This document shows positions 47,381 through 60,597 of a stretch of DNA of 64,000 nucleotides, in pieces. Numbering within the stretch: position 1 is the stretch's first letter; each line of letters begins with the position of its first letter. Source of the DNA: Azolla caroliniana (lineage: Eukaryota > Plantae > Polypodiophyta); assembly GCA_043228905.1 (NCBI GenBank), contig JBHGNT010000009.1, positions 7,254,001 through 7,318,000 on the forward strand, read 5' to 3'. The notes beneath the pieces were generated by a model. The model saw nothing but the letters and a program-made list of their open reading frames with translations, was not told the DNA's origin and did no database searches. A program made the position numbers and the translations under genes.

Positions 47381-50300
47381 TGTAGCGTTATTCCGCGAGT
47401 ACGTGTAGGATCCCAGGCGGGACCGCGGGGGTCTTGGACTGGGGAGTAGAGGAGAAAGAATAAGATATGATATGGAAGCTTAGCTGAAGAGGAGAAGAGG
47501 AAAGAATAAGATTATCACATAGAAGGAGAGATCCGCGGAGGCAAGATACTAAACGAGTTATATTAAAACAAACGAATGATTACAACAATGGTGGCCGCAT
47601 GGGCCGCAGCAAACGACTATGAGAAAACCCTCACCGAAGATGAATAAGGAAACCCTAACCCTAAAACGGTAAGAACTCTAGACTAAGTGGTATACCTCCC
47701 ATACGCAAAATAGGCAACCCCTTTATAAGTGACCCCTCCCTTCCTTTTATAGCCCAAGGAGGGAGGGACCTTACAATGTGGGACAAAATTTCCCCTCTTA
47801 TTTCTATACACCATTTCCTAGTATACATGTGCACATGTTGCACACCACCGACTTGCCCCATTCCACCCCGGTTTCACACCGTAGCCGGAAATCTTCACGA
47901 CATCCACCCCCACCAAACCGCACGTCCACCGGTAGGTGCCAAGAAAGGAAAAGGGTGAGAGATTTCGGCGACGGTGAATAATCAGGTTCTTCGCCTTCCC
48001 GGCACCCGACCGTCTTGCCGGTCCCTTGCCGGCGCCGATCCGTCTTGCCAGCTCCTTACCGGCCCCGACCCGCCGGCTCCATCTGATCCACCACGACCAC
48101 CATGTGTCCCCAAACCGTCGGCTCCATCCGATCCGCCATATTCGACGTTCGCGCCTCCGTTCCCGATCGGTCGTCTCGAACGTCGTTGCTGACTTGGTCA
48201 CCCTGACTTTGTCCGCCGCGTATGTTATCTGATTGGGCCCCCGGTCACTCCGATCGCACGCCGGATGCCGCTCCTCGCGTATCGCGTTGTTCCACCTCCG
48301 GCTCAACCTTCTCCTCGCCCCGAACACCTCGTACAAACTCCCTTTGTTCCGCGCTCGCCTCCCTTAGGCTCTTTCCGTGTGTCGTTGTTGTCCTCCGAAT
48401 ACGCGCTCGTTCTTTGACCCTTAGATGACCCCATTCCGCACTCCTTGCTTCTTGTTTGCTCGTCGTGCTCTCTCGTCGTAGAGCGTACCGTCATCCCGAC
48501 CTCCATGTTGGTGTCCCTCGAGGCTCTCGTTACCGCCTCGCCTCGACTTGCGCCCTCTTGGCCCGCTTGACCTTACATGCCCTCCAGGAAGCTGCCGCAT
48601 TTTCTCTTCCCAGTGTGTACCCCGTTGTTCTCCGCGCACCATCCTTCGCTCTCACCACCCATCCGCCGATCCCGACATCTCTCCGTTTCGTCTCTCACCA
48701 CCCTTTTGCCTCTCAAAGGCTCGACCGGACCGCTATCACCGGTCACTTGTTGTGGCTCTTCCGAATACATGCTCGTTTCTTGGCCCTCGAGTGGCCGTAG
48801 TGCATGCTCCGTTTTACGCCGTAGTGCATGCTTCGTATTACGCGCCTCATCCGCCGTAGACCCGACCTCTGTGTCAGTCTCTTCGTCCGTCGTTGCCGTA
48901 GCCCCTTCCGACTCCGGCTTGCCATCTTGGCCCCGCTCATCCGTCTTCCCGCATCGGATATCCGCTCCGGTCCCCGATTCTGCATTGGCCTCCAACTCCT
49001 CGCCGCCACCCGCCGTCTCTTTGGTCTTACGTTGATCCGCAGCCGCCAAAGTCTCAAGAATGGGTGTGGAGGGTCCCCCTTGGTCTCGGCTCTCACCGAT
49101 CCATACTTGTCGTGCCCGGTAAGCCTCCTTCTCGCTTTTACCGGCTCCCATCATAACCGTAACCGTTCCAGTCTTGTCGGCTTCTTTCGGTTTGGGCCCG
49201 GTTGACTGGCCCCCGCTTCACTCTTCTTCCGCTTCGTCCGGACGTCGTTGTCTGCGGCTACCCCGCCTCCGATCGCGCAAGCCTCGATTACGTTGGAGCC
49301 TCTAAGAGCGGTGTGTGTAAGGTTGTTGCACCGTTACTTGTCTCCTCCCCACTCGATGTTTCGGGCCGCCATGTCCCGAATTCGTAGTTACCGGCCTCCA
49401 TGGCCATCCCTTCACCGCAAAGCAAGAGGGTCGCTTGCTCCCCACCCTCTCCCATGTCGCCATCGTACGCTCTCCCGGCCTCCATATAGGGCCCGTCTTC
49501 TACACTTAGGGAGGCTTCTTCCTCCGTATCCTCCGATCGCCTCCAACCCAACTCCATAATAAGCCCTCCTTCGGCTTTGATTTTCGCCTTCACAAACTCG
49601 CATGCCTCCCGTATTAGCGCTTCTAGGTCGAGCTCCTCCGAACCTTTTTGCGTCGAGCTCTCTTCCGGCGGTAGTGCGTAGTCACTCGCCGCTCTCTCTT
49701 CTCTGCTTGCAGGCCGTGTTGTGGCCTACCGCCTCGCATCATGTTGCCGGCACACCCATTCCACCTCGGACCACTCCTCGGTGAGACCATGTGCTCCATA
49801 ATCATCTTGAGGCTCAAATAGGACGCCCATCCTCCCCTCATGATGGACCGTCTTCAAAAATAGGAGGACTTTGTCCGCCCCCACCGATCTCCGTTCCCAC
49901 TCCGAGAGTTGAGAGAAACGACGCTTGAACTCTGGGAATACCTCCATCGCACTCCGATGACGCCTCGCCAACGCCACCCACCGATCAAACTCATGTCGAC
50001 CTCTTCCTTCCGGTTCCGCGTACCCGTACGCCTCCAATAGAGCTCCCTCAAAGGACTCCCCCGATTCGTGAGCTTCTCGGAGCTCCTTGACCTCTTCGTA
50101 CCTTGATACGGCCGCCACTCGACAAAAAAAATCTAGCCTTGTCGCTTCGTCCACACCCCGCTCTGTCATCTCGGCATTGTAAGCTCTCAAAAAATTTGGG
50201 ACCTCATTCCCATTGAACCGGCCGACTCGATCGACCGCCCTTTCGACGGCTTGTTGAGCCGCATCTCGCTTCGCCATCTTCTGTCCGGCTTCCATCAAGA

Positions 50301-50789
50301 TCTTTGCCATCATCTCCTCGAAGTCGAAGTCTTCTTCCATCTCCATGCTCCCTTGCCACCTCTTCACGTCGGGTTCACCAAATATGTCGCGTTATTCCGC
50401 GAGTACGTGTAGGATCCGAGGCGGGACCGCGGGGGTCTTGGACTAGGGAGTAGAGGAGAAAGAATAAGATATGATATGGAAGCTTAGCTAAGGAGGAGAA
50501 GACCCTCACCGAAGATGAATAAGGAAACCCTAAATGAAACCCTAACCCTAAAACGGTAAGAACTCTAGACTAAGTGGTATACCTCCCATACGCAAAATAG
50601 GCAACCCCTTCATAAGTGACCCCTCCCTTCCTTTTATAGCCCAAGGAGGGAGGGACCTTACAATGTGGGATAAAATTTCCCCTCTTATTTCTATACACCA
50701 TTTCCTAGTATACATGTGCACATGTTGCACACCACCGACTTGCCCCATTCCACCCCGGTTTCACACCGTAGCTGGAAATCTTCACGACA
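47381..50789 (-). mobile_element. Element H: 3.4-kb non-autonomous gag-only LTR element related to F
   Basis: LTRs 47381-47902 and 50385-50789 (the latter has a ~130-bp deletion). Perfect Trp PBS 50363-50380. 4-bp TSD CCGT at 47377-47380 and 50790-50793. No pol motifs. Confidence 0.92.
49726..50346 (-). CDS. H gag (capsid-like N-terminal part)
   Basis: AVERAVDRVGRFNGNEVPNFLRAYNAEM...GADKVLLFLKTV...GLTEEWSEV aligns by eye with G gag SVERLVQRNGQFNGKDVSRYLQDYKAEM...APDKVIMFLRAV...GLTETWESV. Confidence 0.8.
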   Translation of the reverse strand: MEMEEDFDFEEMMAKILMEAGQKMAKRDAAQQAVERAVDRVGRFNGNEVPNFLRAYNAEMTERGVDEATRLDFFCRVAAVSRYEEVKELREAHESGESFEGALLEAYGYAEPEGRGRHEFDRWVALARRHRSAMEVFPEFKRRFSQLSEWERRSVGADKVLLFLKTVHHEGRMGVLFEPQDDYGAHGLTEEWSEVEWVCRQHDARR

Positions 50790-52384
50790 CCGTACTCCGG
50801 CATCTTCTTCTTTCCCTTCTCTTTGTGCGTAAACCGTCTCCTCAACTTCCTGCACGGGGATTGCACGGCCAAGTCTCCACTACTCGCCGGCTCTGTGTCT
50901 GGCTGGTCATGCCGACTTCGTCGCTCATTTAGCCCACTTAACCTGAATAAGATTGGACTCTCTTCAGGAGCGTCGATGTCTCCTTCGTCCCGAGGCATTT
51001 CAGGCTCGTTGACCTCCTCATTCGAGATCTGAATGGAGTCGTCAGGGCTTGGAGGCAAAGGCAAGTACCACAATGTGGAATCATTGAACACAACATCACG
51101 ACTTACGCAAGCTTGTTTGGTTCGGGGGTTATAACACTTATAACCCTTCTGTTCGTTTGACTAGCCAACCAAGATACACTTCTCGGCTATGGTGTCCAGC
51201 TTTCTCCGTTTCTTCTTCAGCACATGCACATACGCAATGTTACCGAAAACCCTCAAGTGTACCAAGTTTGGCTTCTTCTTGAAGTATAACTCATGTGGCA
51301 ACACTCCTCCATTGGCAGATGCCCGATTTTGGAGGTAGACGGCTGTTCTGATCCCTTTGGCCCAATAGAACTTTGGCAGATGCTTCTCTTCAAGCATTGC
51401 GAATTGCCGCCTCCTCTATCGTCCAATTCTTCCTCTCGGCCACGCTGTTCTGCTACGAGAATTCGGGTCAAATTCCCTCCTTTTGTAGGTAACTCGAGAA
51501 CTGGTCGGAGAAGTACTCCTTCCTGCCATCAGACCTTAGGCACTTGATCTTTCGCCCAGTTTCCCATTCCGCAAGGCTCTTCACCTTCAGGAAATACACG
51601 AAGACTTCGTTCTTTTTCGCGATCAAGTACGCCCAAGTGTGCCGAGTGAAGTCATCGATGAAGGTTACAAAGTAACGGCTTCCTCCGATGCTCACATTCT
51701 GTGCCGGTCCCCATACATCTGAATGGATCACATCGAGTAGATTTCGACTCCGATTACGGTCGTTGGGGAATGGAAGTTGGTGTTGCTTCCCGAGCTGGCA
51801 GACTTCATAGATTTGGCCATTCCGGCCACTAAATTTTGGCAATCCAAAAACAATGTTCTTTGTCTGCATTTCACGAAGCTGCGGGAAGTTAACATGGCCG
51901 AACCGCTTGTGTTAATGACATAGACTAATGTAAGAATTAGATAAGGATAGGATATAGATGAATAAATAGATCTAGATAGAGAGGAGAGAGAGAAAGAAGG
52001 TGTCGATTCACCTTACCACCCCGAGCAAAGGGATCGAGACGGACTCGAGCCTCGATCGGCATCCCATACCACCGTCGTGGCATCGAGTCGTACCTGGTGT
52101 TGGCGCGCTCGCTACAAGAGTTGACCCACCACAAGACAGAGTCTAGACGTAGTTAACAAGATAATGAAATGAGGGTGGCTAGGCCTCTTATTTATAGCGA
52201 TACCCAAGGCCCCCAGGCAAGTTCACACTTGGCCTAATGGGTTGTCTCAATCCCGAGGATTTAAAAGTAATCCTCCCCTTCTTTACACTCTTGTTTAACC
52301 CTCACACTTATCCATGTGTATAGAATACTACGGTACATTCTCACCACGGGATATTATATGGTCATGCCCGTAACATACTCCCCC

Positions 52385-55300
52385 CTCTTTAAAACATTGC
52401 ACTCTTGCAATGGAAAGTTAGGGAAGTTAGTTCTGAGAGTATTTTCGCATTCCTATGTGGCATCTTTTATTGATGTATCCATCCATTTTATTTTTAATTC
52501 TCAGATTTCTTTAGTACGTAATTTTTTTGTTTTAACATTAAGAATTCTTTATGGTACATGTGGTTTAGAAGATAATTCTTCAAAAGTAACTAGAGTTTCA
52601 ATTGTAACTATATTGTCGCCAGAACCTAGAAGTTCTTTTAGACGACTCACATGAAAAACTGGATGAATTTCAACGCCATCGGGAAGAGCGAGACGATATG
52701 CTGATGACCCAATGCGTTTGAGGACTGTAAAAGGTCCACAAAACCGTGGGGCTAACTTAGCGCACTTACCCTTTGACAATGTCTTAGAATTGTGAGGTAC
52801 ACGTAAAAATACCTTCTGTCCACGGTTGAATACACGAGGTTGCCTATGATGATCAGCATAAAAATGCGCTCTATCTTGAGCTGTTTTTATATTATCTCGT
52901 GCAATATGCAATATATCTTGCATATCACGAAGAAAGGTTTGCGTACTTCGCAACTCATCATGATGTATATTGACATCAATCGGGGCTCGTGGCTAAAAAC
53001 CATACATCAACATAAAAGGACTATATCCCGTCGACGTATGCTTGGAGCTGTAATAAGCAAACTCCAAAATTGGGAGATAACGTTCCCATTTTGTTGGTTT
53101 TGCACCAACGTATGCTCGAAGCATGTCCTCAATAATTTGATTTACTCGTTCTGTTTGTCCATCGGATTGAGGATGATCCGTGGAGCTCATGCTCAACGTA
53201 GTTTCTAACTTCTTGAAGACTTGCGTCTAGAAGTCACTAGTAAACTTTGGATCTCGATCACTCACAATATCCATCGGTAACCCATAAAAATGAAATAACT
53301 CGTCAACGAATTGGTAAGCCAATTCAGGAGCTGTTACCGTGGTTTTAGTAGCAATAAATCTGGCCATTTTAGTTAGTCTATCAACGACAACCCAGATGGC
53401 ATCATGGCCTTTTTGGGTGCGAGGAAGGCTAACAATAAAATCCATGGATATACTTTCCCACTTATTATTGGGAATGTCCAAGGGATGTAAAAGTTCTGCG
53501 GCTTTAAGTCGCTCGGCTTTGTTAACTTGACATTGGTGACATTTAGTCACATAGCTATGTATGTCAAGACGCATCTTAGGCCAATAAAATTGAGTGGAGA
53601 TGAGAACGAGTGTACGATGTATTCTAGGGTGCCCTACTGAGGGTGCATCATGGCATTCAAAAAGAATCCTCTTTTTGACCTCGAGTAAATTTGGAACACA
53701 AACCTTCCCATTACGGTAGAGCAGACCGTTAGCAATGTGGAAGTATTACTTCGAGGATGTGGTGGTGTCTGTTCTAGACTCAACTCTTGCCCAGTATTTT
53801 TCAAAATAACTATCATCAGGATACTTTCCTCGGAGGTGATCATAAAGATCTGATGTTATTTCAATGAAGCTAAGCATGTTAACTTCACGGATACGACTTA
53901 GTGCATCAGGACAGTGTTCATGGAACCTTTACGATATCGTATGGAAAAATCAAAGTCCTGGATGAGATCAGCCCATCGTGCCTTACGACCTTTCCGGTCT
54001 TGTTGGTCACAAAAATATTTCAAGGACTCATGGTCCGTAGTTACCACAAAGCGATTTCCATAAAGATAATGCCGCCATGTTTTGAGTGCATGTATAACTG
54101 CAAATAATTCCTTTTCTTGAACGGTATACCGACATTGAGCAGAATCAAGTTTCTTACTCTCGAATGCTATTGGTTTACCATCTTGATATAAGACCGCACC
54201 TATAACATAATCGCTTCCATCGGTTTCAACCTCTAAAGGTTTTGAAGGATCGGGTAAAAGAAGTGAAGGAGCCTTGCAAACCAGGTCCTTGAGTTCCTTA
54301 AAGGCGAGGTCTATTGTAGCATTCCACACAATAGGTTTTGTAGACTTACGCGTTTGACCTTTTAGAAGATCAGTAAACGGCGTCGTCAATTGGGAGTAAT
54401 TACGAAGGGATTTTCACAAAAACCCGACAAAACCAAGGAATGATCGAATTTCTCGAATATTCCGAAGAGTGGACCAAAGCTTGATTTTCTCGATGCGAGA
54501 ATGATCAATTTCAACTCCTCATTCAGTTAGGAGATGTCCAAGATAAGTAATTGATTTCTTGAAGAACTTACATTTTGAGATCTTCGCATAAAATTGTTTG
54601 TCACGCAATGTTTCTAAAACAAAGCGGACATGTTTAGCATGTTCTTGTAATGTACGGCTATAAACTAAAATATCATCCAAGAAAATAACGACAAATTTTC
54701 CAAGTTGTTCTCGGAAAATGTTGAATTCATTTCTTGTTGAAATGTAGCCGGAGCATTAGTCAAACCAAAAGGCATAACCAGAAACTCATAATGGCCATAG
54801 CGCGTACGAAATGCCGTTTTAGGAACATCGTCCTCACTTATACGAATTTGATGGTAGCTAGTACGGAGATCAAGTTTCGTAAAATACCAAGCTCCTTGGA
54901 GACGGTCAATTAGATCGTCAGCCCGGAGCAATGGATACGAATTCTTGATCGTCACTTTATTCAAGCATCGGTAATTAATACACATACGCCATGTGTCCTC
55001 TTTCTTTTTAACCAAGAGAACTGGTGCACCCCATGGAGATTTACTATAACGTATATAACCCATTCGTAAATAGTCCTTGAGTTGCTTAGATACCTCATCC
55101 TCTTCAAATTGACTTAAGCGATAAGGAGGTATACTTATTGGTGCAACGCCAGGTACAATATCTACGATGGTCTATATTACGTTTAGGAGGTAAACCATCT
55201 AGTAGTTCACTCGGAAAAACATCACGAAAATCATTTAAGATTTCACCAAGTTGTTGTTGTTCAAAATATGTTAATTGAACCGAGACATTATCGATATTGT

Positions 55301-56801
55301 AAATGTGAATGTCTGGATCAAGAACACAATAAAATAGAGTAGAACAAGACAACTCGGATATTGATGGACACGAGGAAACAATCGAGAGGGATTGTTTTTT
55401 GACACATTGAATAAAATGAGTACAATCGTTCAATACAAAAGTTATTGAATGATGAACCCAATCAATAAATAAAGAAGAGTTTTTATTATAAAACCAGGGA
55501 TAACCCAGTATTACATCAGTGGTACAAAGATTCATTACATGGAAGTCTACTTCCTCTATATAAGTATCAATAGAAATTCCTAATGAATGAATCGCCCCAT
55601 TGATGTATTGTACTCTTCCATCAGCCAAGTGCACCGTATAGGTGTGATCACTTACGATGGGTTGGATTCCCCATATTTGAACCAAACGATCATTCTCATT
55701 CACAAAGTTGTGTGAGCTTCTCGAATCAAACAAAAATTGTACGGGAGATCCATTGATATACCCGTTTGCACGTAGTAAATCATTGGGACCCAATACACAG
55801 TGAGGGAAAGAACATTGACAATTACTTAAATGATGTGTATAGACCTAAAGGACATTAGGAATCTGACCTTTATGGTCTGCAGCTTTAGCTTTGCTGTCGT
55901 GCTCTTTCCGTTGGAGCTTTCGACATTGTTCTTTTGTATGACCCTTCTTTTTGCAGAATACGCAAAAAAGGATGTTGTCGCTTACAATCGCGATCCATGA
56001 ATTCGTTGGGTGTCTTGCGTTTACCAACTAATTGCGACTGCTTAGTCCCGGGCGCTTCGTTGGGTTTGTTGTGGTCCTTCTTCGAAGTGCGTTGATAGTG
56101 AAGAACTATTTCAACGGCCTCTTCGAAGGATTTTGGATCCTTATCGTGCACTATCCAATGATAGTCCGAATTGGGGATGCCATTGACAAAACAAGCTATT
56201 AACCAGTTGTCCCTTTCTAGACCCGATTTTTGCTTTTGGGTTCTAGCATGGTGGACATAGTCTTCTAGCGAGGAAAATTTCCGAATAGAGATGTTCATTA
56301 AAGCTTGTGTTGCCTCGATTCGAGAGGGAGGTTGCAAAAATTGGCCCTTGAAAACTGTGACAAAATCTGTCCAGGTATCGGGCAATTTCCCCAAAGTACG
56401 GAGCCCACGCCACTAGCCGGCGGCCTTACCCCCTAGTTCTCGGTTGATATATGCAATCTTCGTACTATTTGGCGTGGGATAGAGCTCAAAATGAGACTCC
56501 CATCGGCCCAGCCACGTGCAGATTGCTTCTTCGGTTCTTTCCTTTTTTTCTCCCGTAAATGGCTTAACGACAAACGATAACTCACCCTATCGCTCATCAG
56601 GTCTATTAGTCTCTCGTTGTAAACTAATGACACGTGCCTCGAGAGCACTTTGAGATGCCGAAGTTCGATCATCTGTTGAGCGGTGAAACTAAGGTATTGG
56701 GTTATTTGCGAAAAATACATCTCAATGGACATTTGTCCAGGAGGATTCCCTTGAGTTCCTTCCGCTTGAGCGGATGACATCGGGTCGTTATTTTGAGCCA
56801 T
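52385..56801 (-). pseudogene. Disrupted gag-pol of J with chromodomain remnant
   Basis: Fragments: [69 protein letters not shown]...HPVFHVS, terminal IKW...DAT*E. Many stops and frameshifts. Confidence 0.93.
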
Positions 56802-57984
56802 TAAATGATTATTTTTGGAAAAGAAATAGGATAAGGTCTGAGAGATAGTCATAACATCATGTCGTGATGTAAACATATCATGGGCGAACATTAATCGATA
56901 TCATTATCTCACGTCAATACCCCTCTAGACGTATGAGATGAGGTTCAAGATCATGTTACTATGGTAACACAAAGGTGTTTTAAAAACCATGGGGGCGACA
57001 AATAAATGTCTTTCCCTGATCTCTATATCGATTTTTTCATGGTGGCTCCCCGAGGCTCAACCATGTATGTTCGCGTCATGAATAGTTTATACACGAAAAA
57101 AATGTTAACAATAAACTATGTTTCCGTGCCCACATATGTGGTTTCGGCTCTTTAAGTCCTATTACGAGGACCCCAAAGTGCACTTAGACTTCTTAAATAT
57201 GTGTTATAGTCATATGTATCAACGATGTTATATGGTCTTGGTTATATTTGAACTCGAGACCTCGAGAACAAATGCATTAAACACTTGAGCCAACCAAGTA
57301 GGTTGCTCTTCTTGAATGTTTAATGTTTGACGCGTATAAGAGATATGCAAGGCATGTGCCCATATATGTTTTTTTAAAAGAAACATATATGTCAAGAGTC
57401 CTTATTTCGCCCTCATTTACTACAACTATGTTGGTACGTTACCTAACCTCAAGTCTCGTAATTACGATGGCATACGCCAAAGTGCAACCTAATGGTCAAG
57501 CCAAATGAGCCCTCTTTTCGTAGTAGGCCCACGTGGCCCATCACATGGTTACATCATTACGAATGCCTCTCGTAAGAATGATCTCATGGTGGCATCGTAT
57601 CCAGGTAATGAGGGAAGGATGTTGGATACGTGTGTCACAGGAGAGACCTCACATGAAGTGGGTCAAGCCCTACGTACTCAACATCATTATGGCTATCGGC
57701 GTTTCTTTACGTAACGAAATATCGAAGTCACCAACGGGGATTTCAACAATAAAAAATTGTTGAAAAAAGGGATGGTGACAACGCTATTCTCACAAAAATG
57801 TGAGGACGGCCACCAAGATCCTTTCCCCGAAAAGGAAAACATTCAATTTAAAATCACGTAATAACTTAAATACACATATGTATATTATCACATATATATG
57901 ATCAACTACGTATACACGTGACCACATATGCCTATATTAAACAAATCGTTATATTTAATAGCCAAAAATGACGTAATCGAGATA

Positions 57985-58245
57985 CGTAATCGAGGCATAT
58001 ACCTCTACGCACACGAGACATCCAAAAATAAGGGTTAATCATAATACGCAATTGAGGTATTGACCTCTTACGCATACGAGACTAAACGCATATCATTTAC
58101 AACGAATCGAGGTATTGACCTCATACGCAAACGTAACATATGTTTGTGAACGTAATACGCAATTGAGGTATTAACCTCGTGCGCATACAACACTCATCAC
58201 ATATTCAATCTACGTCAAATGAGGTATTGACCTCGTGCACATATG
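57985..58245. repeat. Array of five palindromic cores (GAGGT-N4-ACCTC) at ~56-bp spacing in the J leader
   Basis: Cores at 57992 (variant), 58054, 58109, 58165, 58221. Confidence 0.85.
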
Positions 58246-60597
58246 TAAACGTTTTATATAACCAATTAATTACCACTACAACATCATTGAATCTATAAAA
58301 AAAATTACATATTAACCATACACATGATTAAATTGGGAGAAGAAAGAATAGAAAAAACAAGAAAGATTACCGAAGTTCTATTGTTGATTGTTGTCTAGAT
58401 CAAGGCCGACCGCACATTGATCGATCGCCATCAATCAAGAACACAAAACACAACAAAAGAAACATTAGAAAATGAGCTTTGATACCAACTGTTAGAGACA
58501 TAGACTAATGTAAGCATTAGATAAGGATAGAATATAGATGAATAGATAGATCTAGATAGAGAGGATCGAGCCTCGATCGGCATCCCATACCACCGTCGTG
58601 GCGTCGAGTTGTACCTGGTGCTGGCGCGCTCGCTACAAGAGTTGACCCACCACAAGTCAGAGTCTCGATGTAGTCAACAAGATAATGAAATGAGGGTGGT
58701 TATGCCTCTTATTTATAGCGATACCCAAGGCCCCAAGGCAACTTCACACCTGGCCTAATGGGTTGTCTCAATCCCGAGTATTTAAAAGTAATCCTCCCCT
58801 TCTTTATACTCTCGTTTAACCCACACACTTATCCACGTGTATAGAATACTACAGTAAATTCTCACCACAGGATATTATATGGTCATGCCCGTAACAGCTT
58901 GTGCCATAGGTCGATGTCTAACTCGACCTTCTATCCTTTCGCGAACAGCACAGTTCCGACATCATTGGTGTTGAGGATGAACATCCTCCCTTTTCGACGC
59001 CCTTGCGCAATGACTTTGCCCTCTTCTTCGATGTAGCAACCGAGATGTGTGAATCGAACTTGCATCCCCTAGTCAACAATCTGTCCGACCGACACCAGGT
59101 TCTTGGTTATTTTCAAGACGTGTAGCACAGTCATGAGTTTCCCGCTCTCCCCGATGTGGTTGAGGGGAACTTCTTCGACATGTTCGATGGTATGCGTAGT
59201 CTCGTCACCAGTTTCGACCACTCCTTGTTTTTCCGGTTTCTCCAAGTACAAGAACCATTCCTCATGACTCGTCATATGATTTGACGCTCCGGAGTCAACA
59301 TACCACACCTCATTCGGTTTCAAGGTGTTCATCTCCATCGAATTGGCCTTGTGCTGCATTACAAAGGTTGGGCCCAATCCATTTTCTGCTCATTCGAAGC
59401 CCTTCGCATAGTGCGATCGTTGCCAATTTCCTTGTTTAGTCCGCTCGGATCCAAATGCGCGTTTCTTCCAGCACTCGCTCTCCCTATGGCCTTTCTTGCC
59501 ACAGTACCAGCATTCCGTGGCAGGTTTTCCTTGTTGGTTTCCAGTGCCGCCTCAACTCCCCCTGCTTCCAGTGTATTCTCCGTTATATAGACAGCAATTC
59601 GGAAAGCTCCGAACTTCGACGCTAACCCTCCGAGGCAGACCTGCACCATTTCGTCCTCCTCGACGTTTACATCGATGGAGGCAAGAGAGTCCTAGATGTC
59701 CTTGATCTTAAAGGTGAAGTCAACCACTAACATATCTCGTTGTCGAACATTGCTCAACTCTTGCCTGAGTTGGAGCTTTCTGGCTGTGGTGCTCGAGGCG
59801 AAAATCTTTTTCAGATTTCCCCAAGCATCCTTCTGCGTCTTCGCATCCCGAATGTAGCTTAGAAGCTGATCGCTCACACAGGATGTGAAACAATAGAGAA
59901 CTTTGCTTGCCGCCTATTCCCAGGCCAGGAAATCTCTGTGTGTCGATTCGGGTGCTGCGTCATTAGCTCCATCGACATAACTCCAGTAGCCATGCTCGAG
60001 CAGGTACTGGTGCATCTTGTACGACCAAGATGCGTAGTTACTTCCTGTTGAGAATCAAGCTCAACTTGGTCTAGTGTGTGAACTCACCTTGAGAGTGAAG
60101 AGACACCTCAACGGTCAAGAGTCACCATTATGTCACCACTTTGTATTCTAGCATTTAGTATGATTCATAGAATCATATTCTATGACACATAACTTATGAG
60201 CTTTCACATTCCCCATGCTCCATGAGCCTTGTAGTTAATGAAGAGAGAGGGTGACTACATAAAGCACCCTCCTCCCACCTTGTATAATGTTGAGTCTTTC
60301 TCCTTTGTCAATATACCTTTACCTTGCGTATTCCTTGTCTCTCTCTCTCACTCTCTCTCTCTCTCTCTCTCTCTCTCATACACACACATAACTCATATCA
60401 CTTCTGCTTCACAAGAATCAATCTCTTGATTCTTTACATGGTATCAGAGCAATTTGGTAGCTCGATCTAGCCCATTCCCCTCATCATGATCGTGCATTGT
60501 GATCTACGCCGACGACCAAGAACCGGCTCATAGCTATCGTAGCTTTGCTACATAGCTCGCATTTGAAGAGAGAAGAAGAAGAAGAAGAATCGACATA

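Larger units (their letters stand above)
51910..58896 (-). mobile_element. Element J: decayed chromovirus-type Ty3/Gypsy
   Basis: LTRs 51910-52375 and 58490-58896. TSD GCTTG at 51905-51909 and 58897-58901. PBS-Met with one mismatch 58476-58487; PPT 52376-52388; ~1.6-kb leader. Confidence 0.95.
18584..60045 (-). mobile_element. Element D: Ty1/Copia of the B family, fragmented by six later insertions; 5' end lies beyond the window
   Basis: 3' LTR 18584-18819 + 21047-21195 is similar to the B LTR; PPT 21196-21203. Collinear pieces: RNase H/RT 21204-22842, RT N-terminus 28242-28925, integrase 50790-51909, protease/gag 58897-60045. Each junction rejoins after removing the insert and one TSD copy. 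Confidence 0.9.

Noticed and set aside
57985-58245. CRISPR array
   Set aside because: Repeats are degenerate, lie inside a retrotransposon leader in plant-type DNA, and no cas genes are present; kept only as a palindrome array.
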